From an uncultured delta proteobacterium (GTDB lineage: Bacteria > Desulfobacterota > Desulfuromonadia > Geobacterales > Pseudopelobacteraceae): a stretch of 64,000 bases of DNA. Made by a program: the position numbers and the translations under genes. Below the pieces are notes generated by a model, which saw only the letters and a list, made by a program, of their open reading frames with translations, was not told where the DNA came from and made no database searches. The stretch is taken from assembly GCA_963772835.1 (NCBI GenBank), contig CAVYYZ010000013.1, positions 1 to 64,000 on the forward strand, written 5' to 3'. Shown here piece after piece: positions 30,882 through 41,452 of this stretch (within the stretch, counting starts at the first letter, position 1; every line of letters starts with the position of its first letter).

Positions 30882-32138
30882 ATGAATCTCAATGAACTGC
30901 TCAAATTAAAAGCCCGCAAAAACCCCGACAGCCTGCTGAAGCTGCTGGTAGCAACGGCACTGGTGTCTTTTTTTGCTGTCGTTATCGTAAGCAGTTTCAG
31001 CTTTTTCCGGATTTTTTCCGGTTTTGTCATCAAAAATGCCGAAAATAATTCAGTACAGCTCTGCAAGGTGCTTATCGATCAGCAGAAAGATCTCATGTTT
31101 GTTACTGTGCCGGGAAAAGGGACCGAGCTTGGGCTGCACGGCACGGAGATGTTTGATTTTGACCTCAGCCTGCGGCACTATCTGGTGCCGTTCGACATCA
31201 TCAAGGTTAAGGTCTACAACACCAGGAAGGAGATCATCTTCTGCACTGATCCGATGCTGATCGGAAAAGTTGATGAGCACAACCTGCATCTCAAGAATGC
31301 CCTCGACGGCCGGGTTGACTCCCGAATGGTCAAAAAGGAGATGGCCCACGATCTTGACGATGAAAAACTGCTGGATGTGGACGTGGTCGAAACCTATGTG
31401 CCGATACTGAGCCCGGACAGGAAGGTGCTGGGCAGTTTCGAAGTGTACATGAATATCACCTCCTACCGCGAAAAGATCCAGAAGGGTGCCGAGGTCATGA
31501 CCGCTCTCCTGGCGCTGGCGCTGACCGGAGTGTTCGGGCTGTCGTATCTGCTGGTCCGGGGGGGGGTCGATCAACTTAAGGAAGTACAGGCGCAACTGGA
31601 ATTCATCGCAATAACCGATGCTCTGACCGGGATTTATAACCGTGGCTATCTCATGAAACGGGGTGAAGAGGAGTTCGAACGGGTACTGCGCCGTACCGGA
31701 GATCAGAGGACGTCCCTTGGCTGCATCATGATCGATCTGGATCATTTTAAAATGGTAAACGATACCAAAGGGCACATTGTCGGAGACGGTGTGCTGAAAG
31801 GCGTTGCCGAAAGACTGCGGAAAAGTGTGCGGCCGTATGATATCGTCGGCCGCTACGGCGGCGAAGAATTTGTCGTGCTGTTACCCGATACGGCCTTCGG
31901 GCAAAGCCTGGCCGTTGCCCAACGTATTTGTGAACTGGTTCGCAACGAACTTTTCGAGGTCGACGGAGTCTGCCTGCCGGTTACCATCAGTCTGGGTGTT
32001 GCCCATTTCAGTGCGGATGACCGCGTACTGAGTGATATGATAAAGCGGGCAGACGAAGGGTTGTACAAGGCAAAGAACGACGGTCGTGACCGGGTGGCCT
32101 GGGTCGGACACACCGGAAACCACGATGCGGCTATGTAG
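30882..32138 (+). CDS. Membrane-anchored diguanylate cyclase
   Basis: Two TM helices, TDALTG, DLDHFK, RPYD I-site, RYGGEEF. Confidence 0.92.
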   Translation: MNLNELLKLKARKNPDSLLKLLVATALVSFFAVVIVSSFSFFRIFSGFVIKNAENNSVQLCKVLIDQQKDLMFVTVPGKGTELGLHGTEMFDFDLSLRHYLVPFDIIKVKVYNTRKEIIFCTDPMLIGKVDEHNLHLKNALDGRVDSRMVKKEMAHDLDDEKLLDVDVVETYVPILSPDRKVLGSFEVYMNITSYREKIQKGAEVMTALLALALTGVFGLSYLLVRGGVDQLKEVQAQLEFIAITDALTGIYNRGYLMKRGEEEFERVLRRTGDQRTSLGCIMIDLDHFKMVNDTKGHIVGDGVLKGVAERLRKSVRPYDIVGRYGGEEFVVLLPDTAFGQSLAVAQRICELVRNELFEVDGVCLPVTISLGVAHFSADDRVLSDMIKRADEGLYKAKNDGRDRVAWVGHTGNHDAAM

Positions 32139-32140
32139 GT

Positions 32141-32350
32141 CTACCAGTATTTCTTTGGTGGTTCGGTCTTTCCGACAATCCTGATTTCACCGTCGATCAC
32201 CTTGAACATATCGCCGGATTCGTTTGTCCAGGCATCACCCTCATCCAGAGGAGCCGGTACCTCACGTCTCCCCAGATAAACCTCTTCATCGTCGATATAG
32301 GCGAACCAGTCAAGCGCCCCCGTCATCCAGATCCGTGTATTCAGTGCCAT
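32141..32350 (-). CDS. Small hypothetical protein (69 aa)
   Basis: MALNTRIWMTGALDWF...; AAGGA-like RBS; follows nspC on the same strand. Confidence 0.6.
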   Translation of the reverse strand: MALNTRIWMTGALDWFAYIDDEEVYLGRREVPAPLDEGDAWTNESGDMFKVIDGEIRIVGKTEPPKKYW

Positions 32351-32402
32351 GTTTTTATCCTTGTGTAGGGTCGCCCGATTGTGGCGGGTCAGTGACTTTC
32401 GG

Positions 32403-33551
32403 CTACGAAAGCCGTGACTTGAAATCTGCATAGTCGAAGCTGCGCAGCACCTTCAGCTCGCCGTTATCAGGTTCGTAAGTGCAGATATGCGGGTGCTGAA
32501 TGCCGTTAAATGTGGTGCTTTTGACCATTGTGTAGTGGGCCATGTCTTCAAAAGCGAGCCTGTCGCCAGGGTGGAGCGGGTGATCGAACGACCAGTCTCC
32601 GATTACATCCCCCGCCAGGCAAGATGCCCCTCCAAGGCGGTAGGTGTGGGGCTTCTCCCCCGGGTCAAAACCATTATCAATGCCGGGGCGGTAGGGCATT
32701 TCCAGGATGTCCGGCATGTGGCAGGTTGCCGAAACATCCAGAATGGCGATGTCCATGCCGTTGTTGACCACGTCAAGCACCTCACCCACCAGAATACCGG
32801 TGCCGATGGCAATCGCTTCGCCCGGTTCGAGGTAAACTTCCAGATCGTACTTCTTCCTGAAGTATGTAACCAGTTCCACCAGCCCGTCGATGTCGTATCC
32901 CTCGCGGGTAATATGGTGCCCTCCACCCAGATTGAGCCATTTCATCCCCGGCAGAAACGCACCGAATTTTTTTTCGAAGGCCACGGCGGTTCGTTCCAGC
33001 GGTTCGAAAAGCTGTTCGCAGAGGGTGTGGAAGTGTAATCCTTCGACTCCGCGCAGAGAGCGACCGGCGAACTCTGAAAACGGGATGCCGAGACGTGAAT
33101 GTGCGGCACAGGGGTCGTACATTTCGGTGTGCCCTTCGGAGTGCTCGGGATTGACGCGCAGACCTATGGAAACCCTCCCCGCTTCTTTCTCCCATAACGG
33201 GCGGAAGCGCTCCAGCTGGCCAAAGGAGTTAAACACCAGGTGATTTGAGATACGAAGCAGTTCGACGACGTCGGACTCTTTGAAGGCGGCAGCAAAACTG
33301 TGTACCTCGCGGCCGAATTCCTCCCGCCCCAGGCGGGCTTCCCATGGTGAGCTGGCGCAGACCCCCTGCAGTGTCTCCCGAATAACAGGGAACACGCTCC
33401 ACATTGAAAAGGCCTTCATTGCCAGCAGAATTCTGGCACCGCTGCGCTGTTGAACATCGTCCAGAATGGCCAGGTTATGACGCAGACGCCCCAGATCCAC
33501 CACGTACGCGGGGGAGGGGGCAAGACGGAGGATTTTGTCGATATCGATCAC
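32403..33551 (-). CDS. nspC: Carboxynorspermidine/carboxyspermidine decarboxylase
   Basis: LAMKAF, YDPC, GLHFHTLCEQ, GGGHH, HYTMVKSTTFNG. Confidence 0.95.
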   Translation of the reverse strand: MIDIDKILRLAPSPAYVVDLGRLRHNLAILDDVQQRSGARILLAMKAFSMWSVFPVIRETLQGVCASSPWEARLGREEFGREVHSFAAAFKESDVVELLRISNHLVFNSFGQLERFRPLWEKEAGRVSIGLRVNPEHSEGHTEMYDPCAAHSRLGIPFSEFAGRSLRGVEGLHFHTLCEQLFEPLERTAVAFEKKFGAFLPGMKWLNLGGGHHITREGYDIDGLVELVTYFRKKYDLEVYLEPGEAIAIGTGILVGEVLDVVNNGMDIAILDVSATCHMPDILEMPYRPGIDNGFDPGEKPHTYRLGGASCLAGDVIGDWSFDHPLHPGDRLAFEDMAHYTMVKSTTFNGIQHPHICTYEPDNGELKVLRSFDYADFKSRLS

Positions 33552-33574
33552 AATCTAAGCCTTTAAAAAACATT

Positions 33575-33712
33575 TGAAACACAGAGCAACAGAGCAACTG
33601 AGTAAAAGTAAATAAAAAATCAGGTTAAAACCAGAAAAAGTCACTTACCATTTTGGTTATGCCTGCTGATGTAACCTTTGATTTCTCTGTTGCTCAGTTG
33701 CTCTGTGGTTCA
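33575..33712. repeat. Intergenic inverted-repeat element made of 8-nt units
   Basis: tgaaacacagagcaacagagcaactgag vs ctctgttgctcagttgctctgtggttca (25/28 complementary) around an AT-rich core. Confidence 0.75.
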
Positions 33713-33731
33713 TGAACAGCTGTTTCTGAGA

Positions 33732-34928
33732 TTATAATTCCGGCCAGTCGCCGCCATCGACGACTACCGTCGGCAGACCCATCGGCCCCAGTGTGTCGAG
33801 AAACAGCTCAGGATCGAACTGCTCCATATTGAAAACTCCCGCTTCATGCCACTTCCCGGTCAGCATCATGATCGCACCGACAACGGCAGGGACTCCGGTC
33901 GTGTAGCTGATAGCCTGGGACTGAACTTCCTTGTAACAGGCTTCATGGTCGCAGATGTTGTAAATGTAGACCTGTTTGCGCCGGCCGTCCTTCATGCCGC
34001 GGGCGATGACACCTATGCAGGTTTTCCCTTTGGTGAGCGGTCCGAGCGAGCCTGGATCAGGGAGGAGCGCTTTCAGGAACTGAATCGGCACGATCTTCTG
34101 GCCGTTATACTCCACTTCGTCGATTCGGGTCATGCCGACATTCTGCAGAACCTCCAGATGCTTGAGGTAATTATCAGAGAAGGTCATCCAGAACTGTGCC
34201 TTTTTGATGGTCGGAATATGCCTGACAAGCGATTCCATCTCTTCATGGTAGAGGCGGTAGATGCTCATCGGGCCGATTCCGGCCGGGAAATCGAAGGAGT
34301 GTTTCGTCGTCAGTGGCGGACTCTCAACCCACTCTCCGTTTTCCCAGTGGCGACAGGTCGCGGTTACCTCGCGGATGTTGATCTCCGGATTAAAGTTGGT
34401 GGCAAACGGCTGCCCATGGCTGCCGGCGTTGGCATCGATGATGTCGATCTCCTCTACCACGTCCAGATATCTCTTTGCTGCCAGGGCGGTGTAGACGTTG
34501 GTCACTCCCGGATCAAAACCGGAACCAAGGAGAGCCATCAATCCCTTTTCCTTGAAACGCTCCTGATAGGCCCACTGCCAGGAATACTCAAACCTGGCGG
34601 TCTCGAGCGGTTCGTAGTTGGCGGTATCAAGGTAATCGACCCCGGTTTCCAGACATGCGTCCATGATGTGGAGATCCTGGTAGGGGAGGGCTACATTGAT
34701 AACCAGCCGGGGCTGTACCTGTTTGATCAGCGCCACAAGCTCAGGCACGTTGTCGGCATCTACCCGGGCCGTTTGAATGCTGTCGCCCAACTGGGCGGCA
34801 ATCGCGTCGCACTTGGATTTAGTTCGCGAAGCCAGAGTAATCTCGCTGAAAATATCACGCCGCTGTGCGCACTTGTGTGCGACAACCTGGCCGACGCCGC
34901 CGGCCCCAATAATAAGAACTTTGCTCAT
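33732..34928 (-). CDS. Saccharopine dehydrogenase family carboxy(nor)spermidine dehydrogenase
   Basis: IIGAGGVG, YLDTANYE, GSGFDPG, FATNFNPEINIRE; adjacent to nspC. Confidence 0.92.
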   Translation of the reverse strand: MSKVLIIGAGGVGQVVAHKCAQRRDIFSEITLASRTKSKCDAIAAQLGDSIQTARVDADNVPELVALIKQVQPRLVINVALPYQDLHIMDACLETGVDYLDTANYEPLETARFEYSWQWAYQERFKEKGLMALLGSGFDPGVTNVYTALAAKRYLDVVEEIDIIDANAGSHGQPFATNFNPEINIREVTATCRHWENGEWVESPPLTTKHSFDFPAGIGPMSIYRLYHEEMESLVRHIPTIKKAQFWMTFSDNYLKHLEVLQNVGMTRIDEVEYNGQKIVPIQFLKALLPDPGSLGPLTKGKTCIGVIARGMKDGRRKQVYIYNICDHEACYKEVQSQAISYTTGVPAVVGAIMMLTGKWHEAGVFNMEQFDPELFLDTLGPMGLPTVVVDGGDWPEL

Positions 34929-34933
34929 AGTAC

Positions 34934-36841
34934 TTATTCTCCTAAATAGGTGTATCCCAAAAGGGTTCTGTCGAGCAGTTCAATAAAGTGACTGCTCTCT
35001 TCAATGGAGATCTTCTTTAATACGACATTTTTTTCCAGATTGTCCCTGACCCGTTTCAGAATCTCCGGTCCTTTGTACTGAACATATTTCAGCGTTTCCC
35101 AGGTTGCGTCGCCGTTGATGACGGTATCGATCATATACCCGGTTTTTTTGTTGAAGGTGATATGGACGGCATTTGTATCGCCGAACAGGTTGTGGAGATC
35201 CCCCAGAATTTCCTGATACGCTCCGATCAGGAAGAAACCGATATAATAATCCTCATCCTTGCGTATTTTATGCAGAGGCAGATATTTGGCTCGTCCCTGC
35301 TCACCGACAAAACTGGTGATTTCACCGTCCGAGTCACAGGTGATATCGGCAATCGAGGCCATGACATCCGGTTTTTGATTAAGCCGCTGCAGAGGCACGA
35401 TCGGGAAGAGCTGGTCGATTGCCCAGGAGTCGGGGATCGATTGGAACAGTGAAAAATTTGCAAAGTAGGTCTGGCGCATGGAAAGCTGGAAGTTTTGCAA
35501 CTCCTCCGGAATCGGCTTGATCTTCTCGACGATGCTGTTTATTTTTTTGATTATTTTCGAGTAAAGCCACTCGGCAATAGCCCGGTCGTTGAGCGTCAGG
35601 TACCCCAGGTTGAACAGGCTGACCGCCTCGTTAATCAACTGCAGGGTGTCGTGGTAGTCCTCTCTCAGCGAGTAGCGGTCGATGCTTTTGTAGATATCCA
35701 TCAGTTTTTTGACTGTCGGAGCCACCTTTTCAGACTTGCTGAGGATTTCCTCAAAATCGGGCATCAGGTGCTGTGTATTGGTGTTGAGGACATTTGTGAC
35801 CAGCACAGAATAGTGGGCAACGGTTGCCCGCCCCGATTCGGAGATGATATTGGGACATTCCACCCCCGCTTCATCACAGATGTTCTTGATCTGATATATG
35901 ACGTCGTTGGCATACTCTTCGATGGTGTAGTTGACGCTTGAAAAGTAGCTCGATTTGGAACCGTCGTAATCGACACCCAATCCTCCGCCGATATCAAGAA
36001 ATTCTATGCCGACGCCTAACTTTTTCATCTCGGTGTAGACGCGGGCAACCTCGATCAGAGCCGTCTTTATTTTATCGATCTTGGTGATCTGGCTGCCGAT
36101 GTGTGAGTGCAGCAGTTTGACCGAACCGAGCATCCCCTGATCTTCCAGCATCCGGATTGCGGCGATGATTTCCGACATGCGCAGACCGAATTTGGCATCT
36201 TCTCCACCGGATGTCGCCCATTTGCCGGTCCCTTTGGAGGACAGTTTGACCCGGATTCCCAGTTTCGGTGTTATCCCGGTTTTTTTGGATATTTCAATAA
36301 TCTTTTCAAGCTCAAACAGTTTTTCAACCACAAGCGTAATGTCGAAACCGACTCTGGTGGCATACAGAACCGTCTCGATGTATTCGGCATCCTTGTAGCC
36401 ATTGCAGATAATCGGCAGGTTGTTGCCGCTTGAGATTGAAATGCCCGCAACAAGTTCCGGCTTTGAGCCGACTTCGATCCCGATGTTATAACGTTTTCCA
36501 TAACCGGCGATCGCTTCGACCACCTGTCGCTGCTGGTTAACCTTGATCGGATAGAAAGTCTGGTATTTTGCAGGATAATCATTTTCCTGAATGGCGTTTT
36601 TAAACACCCGGTTAATTGAAGCGATACGACCCTGCAGCACATCCATGAAGCGAAGCAGGATGGGGGGTTTTATTTTCCTCTTGATCAGATCATCCACCAG
36701 CACCCGCATGTCGATGGAGTGCTTGGAATTTGACGAGGGGTGGACGCAGATGTTCCCCTTTTTATTGATCGAGAAGAGATCGGCACCCCAGTTGTCGATG
36801 TTGTAAATCTTGGCAGAATCACCGATGGACCATTTTTCCAT
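34934..36841 (-). CDS. speA: Biosynthetic arginine decarboxylase
   Basis: YPIKVNQ, EVGSKPEL, HIGSQI, ISESGR, FQSIPDSWAIDQLFP, DITCDSDG. Confidence 0.96.
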   Translation of the reverse strand: MEKWSIGDSAKIYNIDNWGADLFSINKKGNICVHPSSNSKHSIDMRVLVDDLIKRKIKPPILLRFMDVLQGRIASINRVFKNAIQENDYPAKYQTFYPIKVNQQRQVVEAIAGYGKRYNIGIEVGSKPELVAGISISSGNNLPIICNGYKDAEYIETVLYATRVGFDITLVVEKLFELEKIIEISKKTGITPKLGIRVKLSSKGTGKWATSGGEDAKFGLRMSEIIAAIRMLEDQGMLGSVKLLHSHIGSQITKIDKIKTALIEVARVYTEMKKLGVGIEFLDIGGGLGVDYDGSKSSYFSSVNYTIEEYANDVIYQIKNICDEAGVECPNIISESGRATVAHYSVLVTNVLNTNTQHLMPDFEEILSKSEKVAPTVKKLMDIYKSIDRYSLREDYHDTLQLINEAVSLFNLGYLTLNDRAIAEWLYSKIIKKINSIVEKIKPIPEELQNFQLSMRQTYFANFSLFQSIPDSWAIDQLFPIVPLQRLNQKPDVMASIADITCDSDGEITSFVGEQGRAKYLPLHKIRKDEDYYIGFFLIGAYQEILGDLHNLFGDTNAVHITFNKKTGYMIDTVINGDATWETLKYVQYKGPEILKRVRDNLEKNVVLKKISIEESSHFIELLDRTLLGYTYLGE

Positions 36842-37077
36842 GACCGCTCCCCGTCTTCCGGTTAATCGTATTCAAATAAACTACTTTATTTATTGCATAG
36901 TATGGTTAAAGTCAAATGTAATTCGTTTCAATCCGAAACCCCCGACAGGAAGCAACTCGAATTCCTCCCGTTGAATACTACCTCATCGGAATCTCCGGCT
37001 TGACTTTGCCTGATGGAATGATTACCTTCGAACTAATTCAGACACCCTCGTACACACGACTTCATTCAGGTGATCGT

Positions 37078-37506
37078 ATGCCGCATTTTTCAGGCAGGAA
37101 ACCGTTTACAGAGGAAATATTCAACCGGCATGTCAACGAGATGCGCAGTCTGCTGCATGCCCTTGAGTTACGGGATTCGTTTGAAGATAATGAAACGCGT
37201 CCGAAAATGGATATGTACGAAACAGGCCGGGACATCGTCATCGAGTTTGACCTCCCCGGTTTCGCTTTGAACTCAATTTCTCTGAAAATTAACGGTATGT
37301 CACTGATTCTTGAGGCGTGCAAACCGAGGGAGTCGAGCGAAGGAAAGTTTTTATGTGTGGAACGGATTCACGGCCGCTTTCACCATACGGTGCATATTCC
37401 GGGGAATGTTGACTCCGGTGCAATCAGGGCGGAATACCGCCGTGGGGTACTTCGGGTTATCTGCCCCAAAATATGCGAGCGACTGGTGCCGATTCAGGAG
37501 CTGTAA
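37078..37506 (+). CDS. Hsp20/alpha-crystallin small heat-shock protein
   Basis: MDMYET..DLPG, ER..G.F, AEYRRGVL; upstream of lon. Confidence 0.85.
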   Translation: MPHFSGRKPFTEEIFNRHVNEMRSLLHALELRDSFEDNETRPKMDMYETGRDIVIEFDLPGFALNSISLKINGMSLILEACKPRESSEGKFLCVERIHGRFHHTVHIPGNVDSGAIRAEYRRGVLRVICPKICERLVPIQEL

Positions 37507-37572
37507 GCGCATTACCATAGTATCCATTTGCAGCTCCAAAGGAGATTTAGATTGATAGAGATAGAAAACGAT

Positions 37573-40011
37573 ATGGAGCAAAGTTCGGAAGATTTGAAAA
37601 TACCTGATGTGCTGCCGCTGCTGCCGATTCGGGACGTGGTAGTGTACCCGTTTATGATCATTCCGCTTTTTGTCGGGCGGGAAATGTCGGTGAAAGCCGT
37701 AGACAGTGCCCTCGCCGGGGACCGGATGATTCTGCTTGCGACTCAGCACGATGTTGGAGATGAGGACCCTCCTGCTGATAAAATCTATGAAGTCGGCACT
37801 GTTGCCATGATCATGCGGATGCTCAAACTGCCCGATGGTCGCGTTAAAATCCTTGTTCAAGGCCTCGCCAAGGCCCGCATTACGGAGTACGTTTCTGACA
37901 AACCGTTCTACACGGTCCGTGTCGAGCGGCAGAACGATACCGCGGTCGTGGATGTATCACTGGAAGTCGAAGCGTTGATTCGCACGGTGCGCGAGCAGTT
38001 GGGCAAGGTTGTGGAACTTGGCAAGTCGATCTCGCCCGAGGTGATGGTTATCCTGGACAATATCCAGGACCCGGGGAGTATGGCAGATCTGGTATCAAGC
38101 AACCTCGGGTTGAAGGTTGCTGATGCCCAGATTTTACTGGAGATAAACGATCCGATCGTTCGATTGACGAAAGTCAATGAACTGTTGAACCGCGAGGTTG
38201 AGCTCCTGAGCGTGCAGGCGAAGATCCAGAACGCCGCACGTGAAGAGATGGGTAAAAATCATAAGGAATATTACCTGCGCGAACAGATGAAAGCCATTCA
38301 GAGCGAGCTGGGTGATAACGAAGGAAAAGAGGAACTGGCTGAAGTCAGGAAGGCGATCGAGGCTGCAAAAATGCCGGCTCCGGTGCAGAAGGAGGCGCTC
38401 AAGCAGTTGGGTCGTCTCGAAAATATGCACCCGGACGGTGGCGAAGCAAGTATTGTCAGAACCTATCTCGACTGGATGGTCGAGCTTCCCTGGAGTACCT
38501 CTACCCGCGACAGCCTGGATATAGTCCGGGCCAAGAAAATTCTGGATGAGGACCACTTTTATCTGGAAAAAATCAAGGAGCGGATTCTCGAGTTTCTAGC
38601 GGTACGTAAATTGAAAAAGAAGATGAAAGGGCCGATTCTCTGTTTTGTCGGGCCTCCCGGTGTCGGGAAAACGTCTCTGGGCAAATCGATAGCTCGCGCA
38701 ATGAATCGCAAGTTCGTCCGCATTTCTCTGGGCGGTGTACGCGATGAAGCGGAGATTCGCGGACATCGCCGCACCTATATCGGCGCTTTGCCGGGACGTA
38801 TCCTGCAGGGATTAAAACAGGCGGGCGCCAACAACCCGGTCTTCATGCTGGATGAGCTTGACAAGCTGGGATACGATTACAAGGGTGATCCATCGTCTGC
38901 GCTCCTTGAGGTTCTTGACCCGGAACAGAATCACACGTTCTCTGATCACTACATCAACCAGCCGTTTGACCTTTCGAATGTGATGTTCGTAGCGACCGCC
39001 AACCAGATGGATCCGATACCGTCGGCACTGCGCGACCGGATGGAGGTCATTAATCTGGCCGGATACACCGAAGAGGAAAAGCTGGAAATTGCCAAACGCT
39101 ATCTGGTCCCGCGCCAGACCAAGGAAAACGGTCTTAAGCCAAAGCACATCAGTTTCGATGATGAATCGATCGCAGAAATTGTTTCCAAATATACCCGGGA
39201 AGCCGGTCTGCGAAATCTTGAGCGGGAAATCGGCAAGATCTGCCGCAAGGTGGCCCGGAAAGTGGCGGAAGGGAACGCACGTGCCGTCAAGGTAACTGCA
39301 AAAGCGCTGCACACCTACCTGGGAGCACCGAAATACATCCGTGAAGAGGATCTTGACCGCAACGAGGTCGGGGTTGTCAACGGCCTTGCCTGGACTCCGG
39401 TGGGAGGAGAGGTTCTTCATATCGAAGCCAGTTTGATGGCGGGTAAACCCGCTCTGACGCTGACCGGTCAGTTGGGGGATGTCATGAAGGAGTCGGTTCA
39501 GGCCGCTCAATCCTACATTCGTGCTCATGCCGGGGCATTGCATTTGAAACCGGAAATTTTTCAGGACAATGAAATTCACGTTCACGTTCCGGCCGGCGGC
39601 ATACCCAAAGATGGCCCTTCAGCCGGTGTTGCCATGACCGTGGCGCTGGTATCTATACTGTGTCATATCCCGGTAAAAAAGGATGTTGCCATGACCGGTG
39701 AGGTAACGCTGCGCGGCAAAGTGCTCCCGATTGGGGGCTTAAAGGAGAAAATCCTGGCGGCTGTCCGTTCCAGGATGCGGCTGGTAATCATTCCCGCGCA
39801 GAACAAAAAGGATCTGGAGGATATTCCGGCGGAAATTTTGAAGAAGGTCAAAATTGTTGCCGTTACCGAAGTTGAAGAGGCACTCAAGCTTGCGTTGGAG
39901 AAATATCCCCCTTCAGCGCCGGCTGTTGCAGGAAAAAAACCGGTACCGCCCCGTTCAAAAATCTCCTCTCCCGCCCGTAAGGCGCGTTCAGGAGCGGGTG
40001 CATCAGCGTAA
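37573..40011 (+). CDS. lon: ATP-dependent protease La
   Basis: GPPGVGKTS, GHRRTYIGALPG, PKDGPSAG. Confidence 0.98.
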   Translation: MEQSSEDLKIPDVLPLLPIRDVVVYPFMIIPLFVGREMSVKAVDSALAGDRMILLATQHDVGDEDPPADKIYEVGTVAMIMRMLKLPDGRVKILVQGLAKARITEYVSDKPFYTVRVERQNDTAVVDVSLEVEALIRTVREQLGKVVELGKSISPEVMVILDNIQDPGSMADLVSSNLGLKVADAQILLEINDPIVRLTKVNELLNREVELLSVQAKIQNAAREEMGKNHKEYYLREQMKAIQSELGDNEGKEELAEVRKAIEAAKMPAPVQKEALKQLGRLENMHPDGGEASIVRTYLDWMVELPWSTSTRDSLDIVRAKKILDEDHFYLEKIKERILEFLAVRKLKKKMKGPILCFVGPPGVGKTSLGKSIARAMNRKFVRISLGGVRDEAEIRGHRRTYIGALPGRILQGLKQAGANNPVFMLDELDKLGYDYKGDPSSALLEVLDPEQNHTFSDHYINQPFDLSNVMFVATANQMDPIPSALRDRMEVINLAGYTEEEKLEIAKRYLVPRQTKENGLKPKHISFDDESIAEIVSKYTREAGLRNLEREIGKICRKVARKVAEGNARAVKVTAKALHTYLGAPKYIREEDLDRNEVGVVNGLAWTPVGGEVLHIEASLMAGKPALTLTGQLGDVMKESVQAAQSYIRAHAGALHLKPEIFQDNEIHVHVPAGGIPKDGPSAGVAMTVALVSILCHIPVKKDVAMTGEVTLRGKVLPIGGLKEKILAAVRSRMRLVIIPAQNKKDLEDIPAEILKKVKIVAVTEVEEALKLALEKYPPSAPAVAGKKPVPPRSKISSPARKARSGAGASA

Positions 40012-40016
40012 ACGGT

Positions 40017-40127
40017 AATAGAGCGCGGAAAGGGCGGATTGAACGGATTCCAAAGGTTTAAACAAAATGAGTCTGTGTAATAAAATCCGCTTTTATCCCG
40101 TTGATCAGATTTGATCCGCGTTCTATT
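40017..40127. repeat. Intergenic imperfect inverted-repeat element with ~9-nt CGGA(T) units
   Basis: aatagagcgcggaaagggcggattgaacggatt ... aatccgcttttatcccgttgatcagatttgatccgcgttctatt. Confidence 0.6.
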
Positions 40128-40172
40128 GCCCACGACTTTTCCCGGTTCGACCCATGTATTCGGAGGTGGTTC

Positions 40173-41438
40173 ATGTCTGAAGAAGTCATCTACGCTGCTT
40201 CCTGGCTTATAAATCCCGACGCCCCACCGGTTGCCGGCGGGGCGTTGCTCGTTCGTGACGGCATTGTCACCGAAACGGGCACACTGAGCTCTCTCCGCAG
40301 TACACACTCAGCACCGGTGATTGATTATCCCGGCTGCGTCATCCTTCCCGGGTTTATCAACGCCCACACCCATCTTGAATTGACCCACTTTCCCTCCTGG
40401 CTTCACACGTCGTCGGTTGATTATGCCCCGCGACGGTTTGTCGACTGGATCATCCAGTTGATCAAAATTACGCGGGGTCTTACTGCTGCAGAGTATCCTC
40501 CATCGATTCACGAGGGGGTGCGGCTCTGTCTGGAATCGGGCACAACCGCTGTCGGTGAAATTGTCTCCAACCCGGCACTGGCCAGTCTGTACTATCACTC
40601 TCCACTTGCCGGCCGGCTCTATTTCGAGCTTCTCGGGCAGGAGCAGAGCCACTTTAACGGCACACTTGCCGCTGCAACAGCCGCCGCCCGGCAGGAGGAT
40701 GCTCACACACTGCTGACCGGGTTCGCTCCTCATTCTCCTTATACGATTGCCCACGAATATCTGACGGCGGTACGGGATGCCGCTGCAGTTCACGCCCTTC
40801 CGCTTGCCATTCATCTCTCGGAGTCCCGTTCCGAAGCGGATTTTGTTTTTGACGGCACGGGAGAACTGGCTGACGGGCTCTATCCTTTTGTCGGCTGGGA
40901 ACGCTTTCTGGGTCGCCCGGCCCGCTGCAGCTCAACCGAACTTCTTGACCGATGCGGGCTGCTGACGCCGACAACACTGGCTGTACACTGCGTCCACCTT
41001 TCTGTTGCCGATGCCCGCACTGTAAAGTCGCGTGGAGCGCATATCGTGCTCTGCCCCCGCAGTAATGAGATCCTTGATGTCGGGCGTGCTCCGGTTGCTC
41101 TTTTCAAAAAGCTCGCAATTCCCCTGGCGCTGGGCACCGATTCGCTGGCCAGTAATAATTCCCTCTCGCTCTGGGATGAACTCCGTTTTGCCCTTGAGAC
41201 CTTTCCGGATGACCTGACTGTGTTGGACGTACTTCGTATGGTCACGACAGGTGCCGCCGAAGCTCTTGGCATCTCTTCATCCTGCGGCTCGCTGGAGATC
41301 GGCAAGCGCGCGGATTTTCAGGTAATCGGAAGTTGCGACGGAGGCGATAAAGGTGTGCTGGACCGGATTATGCGGGAGGGGAGGGTGAGGGAAGTCTATG
41401 CCGCCGGCACGCAGTACACAGGGGCGGTCTACAGTTGA
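40173..41438 (+). CDS. Amidohydrolase family metal-dependent deaminase
   Basis: PGFINAHTHLE, PHSPY, IHLSES, LGTDS. Confidence 0.88.
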   Translation: MSEEVIYAASWLINPDAPPVAGGALLVRDGIVTETGTLSSLRSTHSAPVIDYPGCVILPGFINAHTHLELTHFPSWLHTSSVDYAPRRFVDWIIQLIKITRGLTAAEYPPSIHEGVRLCLESGTTAVGEIVSNPALASLYYHSPLAGRLYFELLGQEQSHFNGTLAAATAAARQEDAHTLLTGFAPHSPYTIAHEYLTAVRDAAAVHALPLAIHLSESRSEADFVFDGTGELADGLYPFVGWERFLGRPARCSSTELLDRCGLLTPTTLAVHCVHLSVADARTVKSRGAHIVLCPRSNEILDVGRAPVALFKKLAIPLALGTDSLASNNSLSLWDELRFALETFPDDLTVLDVLRMVTTGAAEALGISSSCGSLEIGKRADFQVIGSCDGGDKGVLDRIMREGRVREVYAAGTQYTGAVYS

Positions 41439-41452
41439 TGTCACCGTTTATT

